Positions 61,286 to 64,000 of a stretch of 64,000 bases of DNA are shown piece after piece. The number at the start of each line of letters is the position of its first letter. Position 1 is the stretch's first letter. The position numbers and the translations under genes were made by a program. The notes under the pieces were generated by a model. That model was not told where the DNA came from and searched no databases. It was given only the letters and a program-made list of their open reading frames with translations. This DNA comes from Trypanosoma brucei (Eukaryota), in NCBI GenBank assembly GCA_000002445.1, contig CH464491.1, positions 2,848,001-2,912,000 of the forward strand, given 5' to 3'.

Positions 61286-64000
61286 ATGTCTGAAATAGCT
61301 CACTCTGCGGTGGGTGACGTGCCGATTGACTCTTTTAAAGCAGACAGTCACAATGGTGGAAAAGATGCATGGGTGTGCACCCGATGTGGTAAGGTGAAGG
61401 ATCTTCGGGGTGATCATCTTCGAGGCAAGATGGAGGTCCGTTCTGATTGTTGGCCCTGTGGAAAGAAGGCGACATTCAAGTTGCAAAGCAGGCTCTCGGA
61501 TGACGGTAGTAATAACAACGTCCCTGCAGCTAGCACTGTCGATGATACGCATCAACCAAAAGGCGTCGGGAACGCAACAATAGTTGGAGGATTTCGTGCT
61601 CCTGTCGTTCCTTCAACCGGTGACGAGCACCAGTTTCTTTTCCCTGCTCCCGTACTCCAGTGCTCAACCCCAAGCTTATCAGCAGACTGCTCCTCTGTAT
61701 GGAAATGCTCTATCTGTGGAAAGGTGAAGCCACTTTCTGGTGATCATTTGCGGGGGAAAACAGAGGTGCGAAGCGATTGCTGGCCTTGTGGCTGCAAGAG
61801 AACGTTTGTGTTGAGTCCTGTTGACGGTGAATACGGATGCTCCGCGTTGCCGAAGGAGGATGCATCGAAGACTATTTCAAAGGCCAGCGAGAACGTTAAG
61901 GAGCAAGCTACCACTGGCGCACAAATACCAGTACAACCCGCAGCAATACCATTTAAGAGTGTATTTGATACACAGAGCAGTGGAGATGCGAAACCACCCG
62001 CAGCAACACCATTTAAGAGTGTATTTGATACACAGAGCAGTGGAGATGCGAAACCACCTGCAGCAACGCCATTTAAGAGTGTGTTTGGTACACAGAGCAG
62101 TGGAGATGCGAAACCACCTGCAGCAACACCATTTAAGAGTGTGTTTGGTACACAGAGCAGTGGAGATGCGAAACCACCCGCAGCAACACCATTTAAGAGT
62201 GTATTTGATACACAGAGCAGTGGAGATGCGAAACCACCTGCAGCAACGCCATTTAAGAGTGTATTTGATACACAGAGCAGTGGAGATGCGAAACCACCTG
62301 CAGCAACGCCATTTAAGAGTGTGTTTGGTACACAGAGCAGTGGAGATGCGAAACCACCCGCAGCAACACCATTTAAGAGTGTATTTGATACACAGAGCAG
62401 TGGAGATGCGAAACCACCCGCAGCAACGCCATTTAAGAGTGTGTTTGGTACACAGAGCAGTGGAGATGCGAAACCACCCGCAGCAACACCATTTAAGAGT
62501 GTATTTGATACACAGAGCAGTGGAGATGCGAAACCACCTGCAGCAACACCATTTAAGAGTGATTCCATTAATGGCTTTTTTATTAAGCAAACTCGTGCTG
62601 GAATCATGTCTGAAATAGCTCACTCTGCGGTGGGTGACGTGCCGATTGACTCTTTTAAAGCAGACAGTCACAATGGTGGAAAAGATGCATGGGTGTGCAC
62701 CCGATGTGGTAAGGTGAAGGATCTTCGGGGTGATCATCTTCGAGGCAAGATGGAGGTCCGTTCTGATTGTTGGCCCTGTGGAAAGAAGGCGACATTCAAG
62801 TTGCAAAGCAGGCTCTCGGATGACGGTAGTAATAACAACGTCCCTGCAGCTAGCACTGTCGATGATACGCATCAACCAAAAGGCGTCGGGAACGCAACAA
62901 TAGTTGGAGGATTTCGTGCTCCTGTCGTTCCTTCAACCGGTGACGAGCACCAGTTTCTTTTCCCTGCTCCCGTACTCCAGTGCTCAACCCCAAGCTTATC
63001 AGCAGACTGCTCCTCTGTATGGAAATGCTCTACCTGTGGAAAGGTGAAGCCACTTTCTGGTGATCATTTGCGGGGGAAAACAGAGGTGCGAAGCGATTGC
63101 TGGCCTTGTGGCTGCAAGAGAACGTTTGTGTTGAGTCCTGTTGACGGTGAATACGGATGCTCCGCGTTGCCGAAGGAGGATGCATCGAAGACTATTTCAA
63201 AGGCCAGCGAGAACGTTAAGGAGCAAGCTACCACTGGCGCACAAATACCAGTACAACCCGCAGCAATACCATTTAAGAGTGTATTTGATACACAGAGCAG
63301 TGGAGATGCGAAACCACCTGCAGCAACACCATTTAAGAGTGTGTTTGGTACACAGAGCAGTGGAGATGCGAAACCACCTGCAGCAACACCATTTAAGAGT
63401 GTGTTTGGTACACAGAGCAGTGGAGATGCGAAACCACCCGCAGCAACACCATTTAAGAGTGTATTTGGTACACAGAGCAGTGGAGATGCGAAACCACCCG
63501 CAGCAACACCATTTAAGAGTGATTCCATTAATGGCTTTTTTATTAAGCAAACTCGTGCTGGAATCATGTCTGAAATAGCTCACTCTGCGGTGGGTGACGT
63601 GCCGATTGACTCTTTTAAAGCAGACAGTCACAATGGTGGAAAAGATGCATGGGTGTGCACCCGATGTGGTAAGGTGAAGGATCTTCGGGGTGATCATCTT
63701 CGAGGCAAGATGGAGGTCCGTTCTGATTGTTGGCCCTGTGGAAAGAAGGCGACATTCAAGTTGCAAAGCAGGCTCTCGGATGACGGTAGTAATAACAACG
63801 TCCCTGCAGCTAGCACTGTCGATGATACGCATCAACCAAAAGGCGTCGGGAACGCAACAATAGTTGGAGGATTTCGTGCTCCTGTCGTTCCTTCAACCGG
63901 TGACGAGCACCAGTTTCTTTTCCCTGCTCCCGTACTCCAGTGCTCAACCCCAAGCTTATCAGCAGACTGCTCCTCTGTATGGAAATGCTCTACCTGTGGA
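61286..64000 (+). CDS. Nested-repeat protein: repeated modules each with two Cys4 zinc-ribbon motifs plus arrays of 20-aa FG/FD repeats (nucleoporin-like); 3' end beyond the window
   Basis: I translated frame 2 by hand. It is open from the stop at 61190-61192, the first ATG is at 61286, and it stays open to position 64000. The ORF track does not list it, presumably because it has no stop within the window. Motifs are W-V-C-T-R-C-G-K-V-K-D-L-R-G-D-H-L-R-G-K-M-E-V-R-S-D-C-W-P-C-G and W-K-C-S-[IT]-C-G-K-V-K-P-L-S-G-D-H-L-R-G-K-T-E-V-R-S-D-C-W-P-C-G, both C-x2-C-x17-C-x2-C. These are followed by [PAATPFKSVF(D/G)TQSSGDAKP]n. Confidence 0.65.
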   Translation, partial: MSEIAHSAVGDVPIDSFKADSHNGGKDAWVCTRCGKVKDLRGDHLRGKMEVRSDCWPCGKKATFKLQSRLSDDGSNNNVPAASTVDDTHQPKGVGNATIVGGFRAPVVPSTGDEHQFLFPAPVLQCSTPSLSADCSSVWKCSICGKVKPLSGDHLRGKTEVRSDCWPCGCKRTFVLSPVDGEYGCSALPKEDASKTISKASENVKEQATTGAQIPVQPAAIPFKSVFDTQSSGDAKPPAATPFKSVFDTQSSGDAKPPAATPFKSVFGTQSSGDAKPPAATPFKSVFGTQSSGDAKPPAATPFKSVFDTQSSGDAKPPAATPFKSVFDTQSSGDAKPPAATPFKSVFGTQSSGDAKPPAATPFKSVFDTQSSGDAKPPAATPFKSVFGTQSSGDAKPPAATPFKSVFDTQSSGDAKPPAATPFKSDSINGFFIKQTRAGIMSEIAHSAVGDVPIDSFKADSHNGGKDAWVCTRCGKVKDLRGDHLRGKMEVRSDCWPCGKKATFKLQSRLSDDGSNNNVPAASTVDDTHQPKGVGNATIVGGFRAPVVPSTGDEHQFLFPAPVLQCSTPSLSADCSSVWKCSTCGKVKPLSGDHLRGKTEVRSDCWPCGCKRTFVLSPVDGEYGCSALPKEDASKTISKASENVKEQATTGAQIPVQPAAIPFKSVFDTQSSGDAKPPAATPFKSVFGTQSSGDAKPPAATPFKSVFGTQSSGDAKPPAATPFKSVFGTQSSGDAKPPAATPFKSDSINGFFIKQTRAGIMSEIAHSAVGDVPIDSFKADSHNGGKDAWVCTRCGKVKDLRGDHLRGKMEVRSDCWPCGKKATFKLQSRLSDDGSNNNVPAASTVDDTHQPKGVGNATIVGGFRAPVVPSTGDEHQFLFPAPVLQCSTPSLSADCSSVWKCSTCG
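61940..62590 (+). repeat. 60-bp (20-codon) tandem repeat, about 10.4 copies (FG/FD repeat array, module 1)
   Basis: The motif gcagcaa(c/t)(a/g)ccatttaagagtgt(a/g)tttg(a/g)tacacagagcagtggagatgcgaaaccacc(c/t) starts at 61940, 62000 and every 60 nt up to 62480, with a partial copy at 62540. Confidence 0.95.
63260..63550 (+). repeat. 60-bp tandem repeat, about 4.8 copies (FG/FD array, module 2)
   Basis: The same unit at 63260, 63320, 63380 and 63440, with a partial copy at 63500. Confidence 0.95.

Larger units (their letters stand above)
61241..64000 (+). repeat. Higher-order tandem repeat: module A 61286-62605 (1320 bp), module B 62606-63565 (960 bp), module C 63566 onward
   Basis: The sequence aagcaaactcgtgctg(c/g)aatcATGtctgaaatagctcactctgcggtg recurs at 61270, 62590 and 63550. 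The modules are near-identical (one SNP in zinc finger 2: atctgtgga vs acctgtgga) and differ by exactly six 60-bp subrepeats (360 bp). Confidence 0.9.

Noticed and set aside
61744-63835. Several minus-strand and wrong-frame + strand ORFs (61744-62607 -, 61877-62875 -, 61821-62618 +, 63064-63567 -, 63197-63835 -, 63141-63578 +) with repetitive translations
   Set aside because: They are shadow ORFs created by the 60-bp repeats. The real coding frame is + frame 2 (zinc finger plus FG repeats), which stays open from 61286 to the window end.
1-64000. A search for prokaryotic-style systems (CRISPR arrays, defence operons, integrons)
   Set aside because: The sequence has eukaryotic kinetoplastid hallmarks: unidirectional intron-less genes, polypyrimidine/AG trans-splice signals and microsatellite-rich intergenic regions. 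No direct-repeat-plus-spacer architecture was seen. The tandem repeats found are in-frame protein repeats.

Overview
This window is a trypanosomatid (Trypanosoma-like) nuclear chromosome segment. About 20 protein-coding genes are all on the + strand, which fits a single polycistronic transcription unit. Candidate trans-splice acceptor signals (polypyrimidine tract followed by AG) lie upstream of each gene. Intergenic regions are low-complexity, with (TA)n, (GT)n and ATT/TAA microsatellites and homopolymer runs. The genes I recognise are: 40S ribosomal protein SA; a delta-tubulin-like tubulin; a J-domain (DnaJ) protein; an ALKBH6-like 2OG-Fe(II) dioxygenase; an IMPACT/RWD protein; an SFT2/Got1-like vesicle protein; methylthioribose-1-phosphate isomerase; a CH-domain protein; a very large Vps8/Vps41-type protein with a C-terminal RING-H2; an RNase-PH-like exosome subunit; an LRR plus coiled-coil protein; and several coiled-coil or hypothetical proteins. 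Two genes have unusual repeat structure. One is a 2823-aa protein with about 18 near-identical 44-aa (132-bp) tandem repeats followed by several C2-like domains. The other, at the 3' edge of the window, is built from nested repeats: kb-scale higher-order units, each holding two Cys4 zinc-ribbon motifs and an array of 20-aa FG/FD repeats, which looks nucleoporin-like. There is also an 11.7-kb stretch (48.75-60.5 kb) with no credible ORF on either strand and a 5.5-kb microsatellite-rich intergenic stretch (12.6-18.1 kb). I see no bacterial-type systems such as CRISPR or operons. All functional assignments come from motif recognition by eye and need a homology search to confirm.
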